Virus record (IMG/VR): IMGVR_UViG_3300032046_000005
Coordinates: 51,633 to 115,632 of that record
Direction: 5' to 3' (one strand)
Source: a virus
Length of the DNA stretch: 64,000 bases
Within the stretch, counting starts at the first letter, position 1; the number at the start of each line of letters is the position of its first letter. Position numbers and translations under genes: made by a program. The notes under the pieces were generated by a model. The model did no database searches. It was not told the DNA's origin and worked only from the letters and a program-made list of their open reading frames with translations. Positions 47,973 through 57,479 of the stretch are shown one piece after another.

Positions 47973-48214
47973 TTTTTTTATTTTTTTTTATTTTTACAAT
48001 AACTTTAAATATGTTTGAAAATTATATTCTTTATGAAAGTATCAACAATATGTATATTTTTAATGATTACTTTAAGAATCGTGTTAATGATTCTATATTT
48101 TACTAAAATTATTACTCGCGAAACGTTTGAATTTGACACTCTTTCAGACACGTTATATTTAGGAATACTAGCAATCGTGTTTGCAATCAAAGAATTAAGG
48201 GAGAACGACGATTA

Positions 48215-48745
48215 ATGTTTCCATCTAATACTCTCAAGCGAACCAATTTTTCAAACATCGTGGTTGAAAATCCTGAATGTGACATCTACATCGAAAAAGA
48301 ACTCAAAGAAGCAGGTCTTGAAACTTCATCTGGTCATGACAATTGGAAGTTGTTTGATAGAACACGATATATGAAATATGAAGACAAATATTATGAAGAT
48401 CACGATAGACGATTATATCATATTCAATCAGAAGTTCCTTATCATATCGTGGGGAAATATAACCAATTCATATTTGAACGTGCTTGGTATTATTATGTTG
48501 TTAATGGTAATGTTCCTCTTGAAGTTGCCAAAGAACTTTATTCAAATCCAATAGGCAGAATCGATATTCGTGTTGGTGGCGATTGTTCTTGTCCTCCTCC
48601 AAACTATACTGTTTACACATATCATATCGATTCTCAAGAAGGTTTGAACTTGTTTGTTTCTACCATCAAAAAATATAACCTTTCCGGACACGAATCAGAT
48701 TTTCACGATAAAAGAAAAATTAGACAAAATAATGAGGTAAAATAA
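48215..48745 (+). CDS. conserved phage-type hypothetical protein
   Basis: FERAWYYYVV.G.VPL.VA..LY...IRVGG...YHIDSQEGL. Confidence 0.65.
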   Translation: MFPSNTLKRTNFSNIVVENPECDIYIEKELKEAGLETSSGHDNWKLFDRTRYMKYEDKYYEDHDRRLYHIQSEVPYHIVGKYNQFIFERAWYYYVVNGNVPLEVAKELYSNPIGRIDIRVGGDCSCPPPNYTVYTYHIDSQEGLNLFVSTIKKYNLSGHESDFHDKRKIRQNNEVK

Positions 48746-48746
48746 A

Positions 48747-50018
48747 ATGTTTACAATATGTGATGGATGTAAGAATTTAAGATGTTGTGATGGATGTAAG
48801 AATTTAAGAGGAGATTGTTGTTATTTATTAGATAAACCTCAAATATCTGTTTGTCTTAATGTATCATATGTTCTTGCAGTATGTAATTGTTATAATTTTA
48901 CTTTTACGTTTAATCAAGAAGAAGCTGAAGAAGTTTCAAAAAAACTTATTACTCAATACAACGAACACCAAAAGAATCCTAATAGCATAAGAGACACTTT
49001 CAGAAGTATCATAAAACAAGTCAAAAACAAGGATAAAGAAAATTGTGAATCGTGTTCTAATAAAATACTTCGTGTTTGTTATTTATATAATAAACAAGGA
49101 ATTGGTTTAAATTTACCTTTAAAAAATGTAATTAAACCTTGTAATCATTATAATAAACCGTTTGATTTATCGTTTGAACAATCTTCTAAAGTTAAAGAAA
49201 AATGCGAAAAAAATGATCAAAACAAATCGTTAGAAGAGATCGTGAACGATGTGAAATTACAATCAAAAGAAAAACTCATAAAAGAAATATCAAAAATGTG
49301 TGGTTTATCTGAAGAAATGTTTGCTAATTATACTTTACAAAATTTAACTGATTATAAGAATGCATTAATAAAACAAAAAGAAGCGTTAGATACAAACCGT
49401 TTGATATTAACTCCAAAAGAAGATAAATTATATTGTGATATTTACGAATGGCAAAAGGAAGAATCGACCAAAGAGAAGATTGAACGCTTGGAAAAAAGCA
49501 TTCAAGAAGTTAAGGACAAGAGAAAGAAAATACTCGAAAATCTTTACAATCAGATCGAAAAGAAGATATTAAATGGCGAAGTTTTAGAAGACGGTTTTGT
49601 TAACTATGTTATCTCAACAGAAAATAACCTCGCTAACAAATTAATATTATCAAGAAAATCTAGAAGGAAACTAAAAAAGAGCATTAAAAAATTAAATTTT
49701 ATTTTAAATCATTTTTTAGTTGAAAAATCTCCTTCTCGGTACAAGAGGTTTTTCTATGATGATATAACAGAAATATATAGAGATTTAACGGAAGATTTGC
49801 ATCAAGACGAATGGGATAAATTACTTAAACTATTACATTTAATCTTGAAGTATCAATTGCCTTATCTTGAAATAAAGGAAAAGAAAGAACTTTGTAGACT
49901 AACCAAATGTTGGGATGAATTGGACAGTTCTAATTCTTGTAAATACACTTGCGAAAAGTGTGGTAAGGTAAATGCTACAGATGCTAACTATTGCGCGGAG
50001 TGTGGAAGCAAGTTATGA
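48747..50018 (+). CDS. Cys-rich repeat protein, paralog of 43679..46261
   Basis: Same repeat unit and closely similar C-terminus (EKKELC.LT.C.D..D.SN.CK..CE.CG). Confidence 0.75.
   Translation: MFTICDGCKNLRCCDGCKNLRGDCCYLLDKPQISVCLNVSYVLAVCNCYNFTFTFNQEEAEEVSKKLITQYNEHQKNPNSIRDTFRSIIKQVKNKDKENCESCSNKILRVCYLYNKQGIGLNLPLKNVIKPCNHYNKPFDLSFEQSSKVKEKCEKNDQNKSLEEIVNDVKLQSKEKLIKEISKMCGLSEEMFANYTLQNLTDYKNALIKQKEALDTNRLILTPKEDKLYCDIYEWQKEESTKEKIERLEKSIQEVKDKRKKILENLYNQIEKKILNGEVLEDGFVNYVISTENNLANKLILSRKSRRKLKKSIKKLNFILNHFLVEKSPSRYKRFFYDDITEIYRDLTEDLHQDEWDKLLKLLHLILKYQLPYLEIKEKKELCRLTKCWDELDSSNSCKYTCEKCGKVNATDANYCAECGSKL
48759..48809 (+). repeat. perfect 24-nt direct repeat (27-nt period) encoding CDGCKNLR twice
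   Basis: TGTGATGGATGTAAGAATTTAAGA at 48759 and 48786. Confidence 0.9.
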
Positions 50019-50167
50019 AATGTCCTGTCTGTGGTCATTCACACGATGATAAATGGAACGATAAAATAAGAGATTTTGACGATCACGATACGGAAGAATT
50101 TATTGAATTATCTTTAAAAGGCTTATATGCGTGTCCAAATTGTAGTGTGGTAATATATGAAAACTAA
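50015..50167 (+). CDS. small Zn-ribbon protein (MKCPVCG...ACPNC)
   Basis: Manual translation, 50 aa; ATGA overlap. Confidence 0.55.
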   Translation: MKCPVCGHSHDDKWNDKIRDFDDHDTEEFIELSLKGLYACPNCSVVIYEN

Positions 50168-50357
50168 GAATAGCTTCATAGTAGTCTTGTATAGGATTTA
50201 CCATTGCTTTCACAAGATAAATTGCCAATATTTAGAAGAATCAAACCATATGTGTCGTTTTGATACTTATACTCACAACGGATACTTGTGGTGCAATAAT
50301 AAAGGAAAATGTTGTTTTAATCAAAATAACAAGAAAAATAAATAGAAGTAGAAAAAT

Positions 50358-50579
50358 ATGAACAAAGTAGAAATAAAAGAAAAAATTGAAAAATTAGCAA
50401 AAGAATACCACGAAATTTGTAGAGAAATGGTTAATCAACAAATAGGAATGATCACTAAACCTACTCAACCTTACATAGAATGGAACGCTTTAACCGAAGA
50501 ACAAAAAGAAGGAAGGCGATTCATTATTGAATCTTTGCTAGAAAAGTTCGTGATATATCCAAAAAAAACTAAGCAATAA
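50358..50579 (+). CDS. hypothetical protein
   Basis: LAKEYHE...W..LTEEQKE..R motif. Confidence 0.55.
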   Translation: MNKVEIKEKIEKLAKEYHEICREMVNQQIGMITKPTQPYIEWNALTEEQKEGRRFIIESLLEKFVIYPKKTKQ

Positions 50580-50621
50580 TTAAATATTTAACATCTTTTT
50601 TTTCCTTTTTTTAATCTTTTC

Positions 50622-50635
50622 AAAACATTTAAATA
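50622..50635 (+). promoter_or_regulatory. archaeal BRE-TATA promoter AAAACATTTAAATA
   Basis: About 23 nt upstream of the ATG at 50658 (leaderless). Confidence 0.7.
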
Positions 50636-50657
50636 TATCAAATTATATATATATATC

Positions 50658-50954
50658 ATGAAGATAAATTTTGATGTTAGTAAATTAACTGCAACAACTG
50701 AAGAACTAGACGAATTTTTCAAACATCCGTTCAAACAAACAAAAATATATAACTACACGTCTGGTTTAGAAATTACTGTTTTGATAAACAACCTGAAAAA
50801 ACCAAAACACCTTTTCCTATATGACGCGTCTCTTTCCGAAAGTAAATACGATAAAAAAATGTCAGTGTTCGCTTTCTGGACCAAGCGAAGAAAAATCTTC
50901 TGGATCGCAAACATCCGAAACAAGAGATATAAAGAAGAAAATTATTTACTTTAA
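50658..50954 (+). CDS. hypothetical protein
   Basis: Leaderless behind a TATA box; T-run after the stop. Confidence 0.55.
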   Translation: MKINFDVSKLTATTEELDEFFKHPFKQTKIYNYTSGLEITVLINNLKKPKHLFLYDASLSESKYDKKMSVFAFWTKRRKIFWIANIRNKRYKEENYLL

Positions 50955-51024
50955 TGTTTTTTTTTCCTTTTTTTTTTCTAATTTTCCAAAACATTTAATT
51001 ATAATTATTCATTCATTATTTTAT

Positions 51025-52107
51025 ATGAAAAAACCATTTCAACAATTATCTTTAATAGATTTTATTAATACTCAAAAAAACCAAATAAAAAAAAAAGACC
51101 CATATCCTAATTTTTTTTTTAAAAAGAATTTAAAAGAATCTACTTTACGAAACATAAAACATATTTTTGTTAGATCATATAAAATTAAACCAGAAGAATG
51201 TGAATGTTGTCACGAAAAGAAAAAACTTGTACTTTCTTTCTTATACCATCCTCAACCTTATACTTTTAACATTGAAGATTATCGTTATTTATGCGTATCT
51301 TGTCATATGAAATATGATTTAAAAATTGGGCAAAGGAAAAGATATTCACATATAACTTCTTTAGAAACAAGAAAAAAAATATCTGAAAAAAACAAAGGAA
51401 GAATAAGTCCTATGAAAGGAAAACACCATTCTTTAGAAACTTTAGAAAAAATGAGGCAATCTTGCAAAGGAAAATCTTCAGGAATGAAAGGAAAACATCA
51501 TTCTTTAGAAGCAAAGAAAAAAATATCTGAAAAATTAAAGAAAAAAAAGAAAAAAATAATAATAGAAAAACCAATTTTAGAATCTTCAATTGATTATATT
51601 CGAAAATATATAAAAAAATATAAAATAAAAAGTAATATATGCGAAATTTGTCATAAAAATAAAAAACTTATTCTTTCATTAATTGATTATGATAAAGGTT
51701 ATACATATAATGTAAATGATTATAGATATATATGTTATTCTTGTAATTCTAAATATCTTATTAGCCAAAATCGGATTCAAATTCCTATTCATAATATTCC
51801 CCATTCTGAAGAAACTAAGAAAAAGTTGTCAATAATTAATACATCAAATCCTACAAAATCTATGTTAGGAAAACATCATTCTTTAGAAACTAAAAAGAAA
51901 ATGTCAATGTCACATAATGGAAAAAACAAACCAAATTTTGAAAATGATCCAATTAAAAAAGAAGTTGAAATGTTTTTGCATTTTAATAATGAATTAAAAA
52001 TTAATCAGTGTCCTTATTGTAAAATACATTATGAAACACGAAATAAGAATAAAATTTTCTGTTCTCAAAAATGTATGCAATTATATCACAGAAAAAAATT
52101 TTTGTGA
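51025..52107 (+). CDS. NUMOD3-repeat / duplicated HNH-like endonuclease-related protein
   Basis: Two CExCH..KKL.LS...YT.N..DYRY.C.SC domains and several KGKHHSLETKKK repeats; start set at MKKPF. Confidence 0.7.
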   Translation: MKKPFQQLSLIDFINTQKNQIKKKDPYPNFFFKKNLKESTLRNIKHIFVRSYKIKPEECECCHEKKKLVLSFLYHPQPYTFNIEDYRYLCVSCHMKYDLKIGQRKRYSHITSLETRKKISEKNKGRISPMKGKHHSLETLEKMRQSCKGKSSGMKGKHHSLEAKKKISEKLKKKKKKIIIEKPILESSIDYIRKYIKKYKIKSNICEICHKNKKLILSLIDYDKGYTYNVNDYRYICYSCNSKYLISQNRIQIPIHNIPHSEETKKKLSIINTSNPTKSMLGKHHSLETKKKMSMSHNGKNKPNFENDPIKKEVEMFLHFNNELKINQCPYCKIHYETRNKNKIFCSQKCMQLYHRKKFL

Positions 52108-52381
52108 TATAAAAACAACTTTTATCATATTTCCAAATTTTGAAAAAAGGTAATTATCTTTTATAATTATCAAAAAAATTTTTTCTAGATCTCCAAATCA
52201 TATTAAAAAAAATAAAAAAGCATTTTTTGATTTAACTTCTATAACAAATTAATATCTAAAAAAGCCTCTTTTTTGCATAATTACAAGTAAGAAAAAGCAT
52301 GCTTACAACTGAAGGTTTTATCTTTTAAAATTTTAAAGATCTTAATGAACATATAAATATTATTAATTAAATAAGGGATTA

Positions 52382-52565
52382 GGACGAATGATATGGTGAT
52401 GATGTAGTGCGTGAAGATCAGGAGATCGTTTGTATCAGAACATCACGCATTCTAACACATCATGATATAAATGATATATAATTACATGTAATGATATATA
52501 ATAATAACGCTTGTGATGTAACACCAATGTTTGGGCACATGGGCATTAGGTGTAACAACAAGAAA
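52382..52565 (+). ncRNA. candidate structured non-coding RNA
   Basis: No ORF; TATAAATA about 23 nt upstream; two long hairpins containing G-U pairs. Confidence 0.35.
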
Positions 52566-52704
52566 TCGGCATGGTGTAGGTTTTAACTAGTATATACAAG
52601 TCAACTTAATATATGCAAGTACGAGTAATATAAACCATACAAAGGAAAAAAAATCAGTTGAAAAAACCATATAGAACACGTGTTTTTGTATATGATTTTA
52701 CGAA

Positions 52705-53055
52705 TCATGTTACTGATTTTTGATCAAGCAAGGAAAAAATTTCAATGATTTTTTTTTGGTTGTGTTCATATCGTTTAATTTTAATTTTTTTTGTTTCAAC
52801 GATATTATTTTTCTGCATATTGTTCAGGAGAGTAAGAACAAACGGTTTAAGTTTATTATCAGAACCAAAAACGTGATCTGGATTCAAACATATAACAAGA
52901 GTTTTGAAGTCACGATCAAATGGGTATAAGATTTGTAATAGGTGTAAAAGTTCAGTTTTAAGTGCATTAATATCGATGGATTTAACCATATATAGATATG
53001 GTAAGGGATTGAATATAAAGGTATTGGTTTGCAGTAAACTTGGAATTGACATCAA
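52705..53055 (-). CDS. hypothetical, possibly winged-helix protein
   Basis: ORF track; start probably at MVKSID. Confidence 0.45.
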   Translation of the reverse strand: MMSIPSLLQTNTFIFNPLPYLYMVKSIDINALKTELLHLLQILYPFDRDFKTLVICLNPDHVFGSDNKLKPFVLTLLNNMQKNNIVETKKIKIKRYEHNQKKIIEIFSLLDQKSVT

Positions 53056-53194
53056 CTTTTTGTTGTCAATAATTGATTGCTACATTTTAGAATGAACATT
53101 AAAATGAACAAAAAAAACAAAACATTTAAATAGGACGATTGATATATATTAATTATAGAACAAAAAATAAAACCAAAAAAGAATGTGAAAAAAA

Positions 53195-53533
53195 ATGGGA
53201 GGAATTATTTTAAAACAAAATATTATAATAGAAAACATGGAATATCATATTAAAGGAGAAGTTGACGCATGGGAGACTTGTTTGTGGAGAGTAACAGTCT
53301 TTGGTTCAATAACGAGAAAGATCGACGATAAAACGATAGAATTCAAGTACGAAGCCATTAATCGTAAGGTTTACGATTCGAGACATAACGAGTTTGATTC
53401 AGTTAAATCGGGAAATCTTACTGTTATTGGAGACCTCGTGATAATCAGAGCCATTAACCCAAAATATTACGAGGAAGACGATCCTTTAAGTAATGGAGAT
53501 TTAAATCTTGAAGTTTTATTTAAAAACAATTAA
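53195..53533 (+). CDS. hypothetical protein
   Basis: AAAACATTTAAATA at 53119-53132 and GTGA RBS. Confidence 0.6.
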   Translation: MGGIILKQNIIIENMEYHIKGEVDAWETCLWRVTVFGSITRKIDDKTIEFKYEAINRKVYDSRHNEFDSVKSGNLTVIGDLVIIRAINPKYYEEDDPLSNGDLNLEVLFKNN

Positions 53534-53617
53534 TTAAGTTTTTTTATTATTTTTATTTTTCACGATCACATTAATCAATCTAATATTTAACAATTGTAGA
53601 TATAACATTTAACAATC

Positions 53618-54046
53618 ATGAGAACGAAGCAACAAAAAATAATTTACGTGTGTCGGAGTTGTGGCAAGAAGTATTTTTACCTGAAGTGCTTGAAGAATCA
53701 CCAGATCAAGAAACAACACGCGCCAATTTGGGTGATTTATCACGTGCACGACGATTTAATGGACCTGAAAAGAGAAATCCAGGAGCTTCGAGACGAAGTC
53801 AACGAACTAAAAAACAACGGGTTGTTCATCGAGAACTTCAATACCACGCTACCACGCATCAGGAAACAAGCAAGAGTTAAAGAAAAGAATAAAGATCAAA
53901 CAAATTTAACGATAGTGATCCAAGAAATGAACCTTTATTTCAAGGAAAAAAAGCAACAAAAAAACAACAATAATGGTGAAGAACACAACTTGAAACCTTC
54001 GGAATTGTTCAGGCAACAAATTGTTGTTGAAAAAACAAAAGTTTAA
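53618..54046 (+). CDS. C2H2 zinc-finger + coiled-coil protein
   Basis: YVCRSCGKKYFYLKCLKNHQIKKQH. Confidence 0.7.
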   Translation: MRTKQQKIIYVCRSCGKKYFYLKCLKNHQIKKQHAPIWVIYHVHDDLMDLKREIQELRDEVNELKNNGLFIENFNTTLPRIRKQARVKEKNKDQTNLTIVIQEMNLYFKEKKQQKNNNNGEEHNLKPSELFRQQIVVEKTKV

Positions 54047-54305
54047 ATAGTATATAAAACATATACTAATTAGTGATATGAAAATGAAAATAATAAACGT
54101 TAAAAGATACACAAATCCTTTCAAATGGGAACTATTTCTTGCTTTTACTATCATAAAAGCAAATGGAAAACAAGTTCAAAAGATATATTGTTATAACAAT
54201 AACGGCATATCGATTGAAATTATCAAATCTTGATCTTTTTTTTATTTTTTTTTGAACAACTTCAATAACTTTAAATATTACAACTTCTTATGATCATTCA
54301 TACTA

Positions 54306-54533
54306 ATGAGATTATTTTATACAATAAAAAAACAACACATTAAAAATCAAAACAAGAAAGTGAAAAACATGGAACAACCTCAAAAAGTAAAAATTGAAAA
54401 GGACGCCAACATGATCCTTTTCGAAGAGAAAACTGGCAAGCACGCAATTTATGCCAGTAAAGTCACCAAACAATACGAAAAGTTTAAAGCAAAGCAAAAC
54501 AAGGCTTCAGTTGCACCTGAAACCAAAATCTAA
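54306..54533 (+). CDS. small basic protein
   Basis: Start probably at MEQPQ behind an AAGTGA RBS; T-run after the stop. Confidence 0.5.
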   Translation: MRLFYTIKKQHIKNQNKKVKNMEQPQKVKIEKDANMILFEEKTGKHAIYASKVTKQYEKFKAKQNKASVAPETKI

Positions 54534-54612
54534 TTAATATTTCTTTTTTTCTTTTTTCTTTTTTTTTGTTCTTTATCTTTATACTTTCTGAACTTTCGCT
54601 TCCAAACTACAT

Positions 54613-54894
54613 CTAATCTCCTGATACTATTACCCTTTCCGCATCCAATAACAACTCCACATCATCGGTTGAAAGTTGTTTGATTGGAGCCATCTTAGCC
54701 TTGATCAACACGTACATCCTCCTTATGATCCTTTTCATGTTCTTCACGTCGCTTTGTTGAAACCTGATGAATTCTAACCTGTGCGATTCTAACGTGTTGT
54801 AATTCATGTCTCCAAAATTAAACTTTAACTCCCTGATACTCGCATCTGGATGCTTTTCCATGTATAACCAAACTTTTCTCTTAATTGTTGTCAT
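54613..54894 (-). CDS. HTH-like DNA-binding protein
   Basis: KHPDASIRELK...NYNTL. Confidence 0.5.
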   Translation of the reverse strand: MTTIKRKVWLYMEKHPDASIRELKFNFGDMNYNTLESHRLEFIRFQQSDVKNMKRIIRRMYVLIKAKMAPIKQLSTDDVELLLDAERVIVSGD

Positions 54895-54917
54895 TTTTTT
54901 ACATCAAAATTTTTCTG

Positions 54918-54965
54918 TTTGTATAGATATTTTTCTATTTGTATAGATACTTATCTATACAAATA
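54918..54965. promoter_or_regulatory. operator-like array: TTTGTATAGATA twice in direct orientation plus one inverted copy
   Basis: Perfect 14-bp inverted repeat TATTTGTATAGATA-CT-TATCTATACAAATA (54936-54965) plus a direct copy at 54918. Confidence 0.7.
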
Positions 54966-55181
54966 AACATTTGTTTATATATATACTTTATTGTTCAAAA
55001 ATTATAACTCATTAAAACCCATACCCAACCCCAAACAAGCAACTTTAAAAACCCCGTTTTCGAGCACACTACAAGGTTAAAGGCAGTTTTGGAAAAGAAT
55101 GTATGGATCAAGCCTTATACCTCGTTTTAACACATTCAAACGTCTGAACATTATATACAATACTATTTCACGCATACTATT

Positions 55182-55499
55182 TCACACACACACTTTATAT
55201 ATATACTCTTTATATATATTATCAATAAACTTTTTCACATGAAAGGCGTAATGAAGAAGGTACCAAACAAATGGTTTCGTATTCATATCAACTCCTTTAT
55301 TTACAACATTAAAAACAAAATTACATCCGCAACAAACAAGAAAACCTTTTTCAATTCGCTTGAAAGGAGCCGGAATCGTTCTTTTGCATATATCACAACG
55401 ATCAAGCAATGAAGAATGATCATACCAATCTTGTTGAGTATCAAACGATCTTTTATTAATCATGATAATATTTTTCGCTACATAACAACTTGATTCCAT
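55182..55499 (-). CDS. Zn-finger protein
   Basis: CDICKR...VCCGC. Confidence 0.5.
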   Translation of the reverse strand: MESSCYVAKNIIMINKRSFDTQQDWYDHSSLLDRCDICKRTIPAPFKRIEKGFLVCCGCNFVFNVVNKGVDMNTKPFVWYLLHYAFHVKKFIDNIYKEYIYKVCV

Positions 55500-55564
55500 A
55501 TATAACCACTAAAATCAACCAAACTACACAAGCGAGCAACATTCCAAGCATAAAAACGTGAACA

Positions 55565-55759
55565 TCAATCATAATCATCATCAAAAAAACCATCAAAATA
55601 TTCCTTTGAACATTTTTTGCATAAATGTCCATTTAATAATTTAGTTCTTTTATTTATTATTTTATCGTACCATTTGTCTTTAATGCTCATCAATCGTAAT
55701 TTCTCGCAAGATTCACATTTATAAGGTATTATCACCAATCTATTTATTATACCTAACAT
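55565..55759 (-). CDS. small Zn-finger protein
   Basis: CESC...LCKKC. Confidence 0.5.
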   Translation of the reverse strand: MLGIINRLVIIPYKCESCEKLRLMSIKDKWYDKIINKRTKLLNGHLCKKCSKEYFDGFFDDDYD

Positions 55760-55762
55760 TCA

Positions 55763-55960
55763 TTACCACGATCTATAAGTTGTTATTTTAAATTTGTTAT
55801 ATATTTTACTTTCTTTATCATAATTATAATCAACACCAATTACTCCATTTGTATCTTCAAACATCGAAAAAAACATATCCAAAAATAGTTTTTCAGTTTC
55901 CCATTCAGGAGTAAAAATGAAACCTTTTTCATTTTCATTATCTATATATTTGATTTTCAT
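55763..55960 (-). CDS. small hypothetical protein
   Basis: KGFIFTPE..FL resembles the neighbour's KGLILLPE..FL. Confidence 0.5.
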   Translation of the reverse strand: MKIKYIDNENEKGFIFTPEWETEKLFLDMFFSMFEDTNGVIGVDYNYDKESKIYNKFKITTYRSW

Positions 55961-55966
55961 GATTAA

Positions 55967-56176
55967 TCATTCATTATCCTCAACATTTCTCATTATAAAA
56001 TTATTATCAATTACATCTATAATAAAAGTTGTATTTGAACATTCATTAACAACATCAAACAAATTACCTAAAAATCCCCAATCTAAATCAGATTCAGGAA
56101 GCAATATCAATCCTTTTGTTCCTTTAAAATCAAACATTTTTTCTTTTACTTTTACAATATCAACTTTCATGTTCAA
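55967..56176 (-). CDS. small hypothetical protein
   Basis: Tandem paralog-like of 55763..55960. Confidence 0.5.
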   Translation of the reverse strand: MNMKVDIVKVKEKMFDFKGTKGLILLPESDLDWGFLGNLFDVVNECSNTTFIIDVIDNNFIMRNVEDNE

Positions 56177-56424
56177 TCACACATCAAAAGTGAATGAAAG
56201 AAGAGAAGAAAAAACTGTAGCTATAATATATATATATAAAAAATCGTAATGATTTAAGTTGGGATTTAGATTTTCCCTTGCAGTAATATATAATCGTTTT
56301 TTCTGTAAGTTCTCTTCGATCATTCCATGAGTAATAAATAATCAAAGATATTTAAATGTTATGTTTTGTTTTGTTTTAATCATTAAAAAACGATTATTAA
56401 AAATCATAAAAAAAAGAAAAAAAA

Positions 56425-56781
56425 TTATTTAATATCATTAATATGTTGATTAATACCTTTTTTCATCATATCAAGCAACAAAAAATACTGCAATTTAGCA
56501 AATTCTCTCTTTTCAATAGGTACCGTCCATAACATGCCAATAAAAAAAGAAGCAAGTTCGTGAAAAAATTCATCTATTGAAGGCAATATGAAATTTCTTT
56601 CTTTTCGATCTTTATCAAAATCGTCTGAAAACTGCTTTACATTGATATATTTATAATCTTCAATTTCAACTTCGATCTTTTTCCCATCTTTATCTTTCAA
56701 AACATTATCGTTATCTAACAACATATTCGTTCCATTCCGGATGATCTTTTTCTTGAAAATATCGAACGAACCAAGATTCAA
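56425..56781 (-). CDS. hypothetical protein
   Basis: ORF track. Confidence 0.45.
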   Translation of the reverse strand: MNLGSFDIFKKKIIRNGTNMLLDNDNVLKDKDGKKIEVEIEDYKYINVKQFSDDFDKDRKERNFILPSIDEFFHELASFFIGMLWTVPIEKREFAKLQYFLLLDMMKKGINQHINDIK

Positions 56782-56871
56782 TCATTAGTTCGTGCTTGAT
56801 TGCTGGATCTTGTTCGGTTTGCCATTGCTTGCCAAGTTCGGATATGAAATCGTCAAACCAGTTTTTAGGTT

Positions 56872-57240
56872 TCATTTTTTATCATCAAAATTATAATGTT
56901 TGTTCAAATATATTATTTTTTTTTCGATTCTAAATTCAATCGTTTCTTCAAACCATTTAAAAGCATCAAAAACAAAGCTTGTTTCTTTCAAAAGATATTC
57001 GATTTTTGGATAAAAATCAACAAATTCTTTCATTTTATCAAGTTCATCTATTTCTTTGTTATATTCTTCAATATTATCTCGAACAAACTTAACATTTCCA
57101 CATTTTGGACATATTTCGTTCCAATGAAAATCAATACCTCCACACAAACCATCGTCTGATTCTATTCGTTCTGCTCTTGTTTTGCCTTCACAAATCGGAC
57201 AAGTTCCTTTTTCGTTTTTCTTTTTCGTTAATTCGTTCAT
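56872..57240 (-). CDS. Zn-ribbon protein
   Basis: CPICEG...ICPKCG; GTGA RBS. Confidence 0.6.
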   Translation of the reverse strand: MNELTKKKNEKGTCPICEGKTRAERIESDDGLCGGIDFHWNEICPKCGNVKFVRDNIEEYNKEIDELDKMKEFVDFYPKIEYLLKETSFVFDAFKWFEETIEFRIEKKIIYLNKHYNFDDKK

Positions 57241-57479
57241 TTTTTCACATCGTCTTTTTTTCTTTCAATTATATCTTTCAAATAATTAACAACCCGATTA
57301 TCATTTCAACCATTCTTTCGTTAAATAGACAAGTAACACGCTCAGGCAAAACACCAATGCCATCAATATCGTGTTGTATTTAAACAACCAATATTCTAAC
57401 CTGTTGATCGTTTTTTGCTTCATCGTTCAAAAATCTCAACGTTAATACTATACAAATATCATTACAAGTATTTAAAGTT

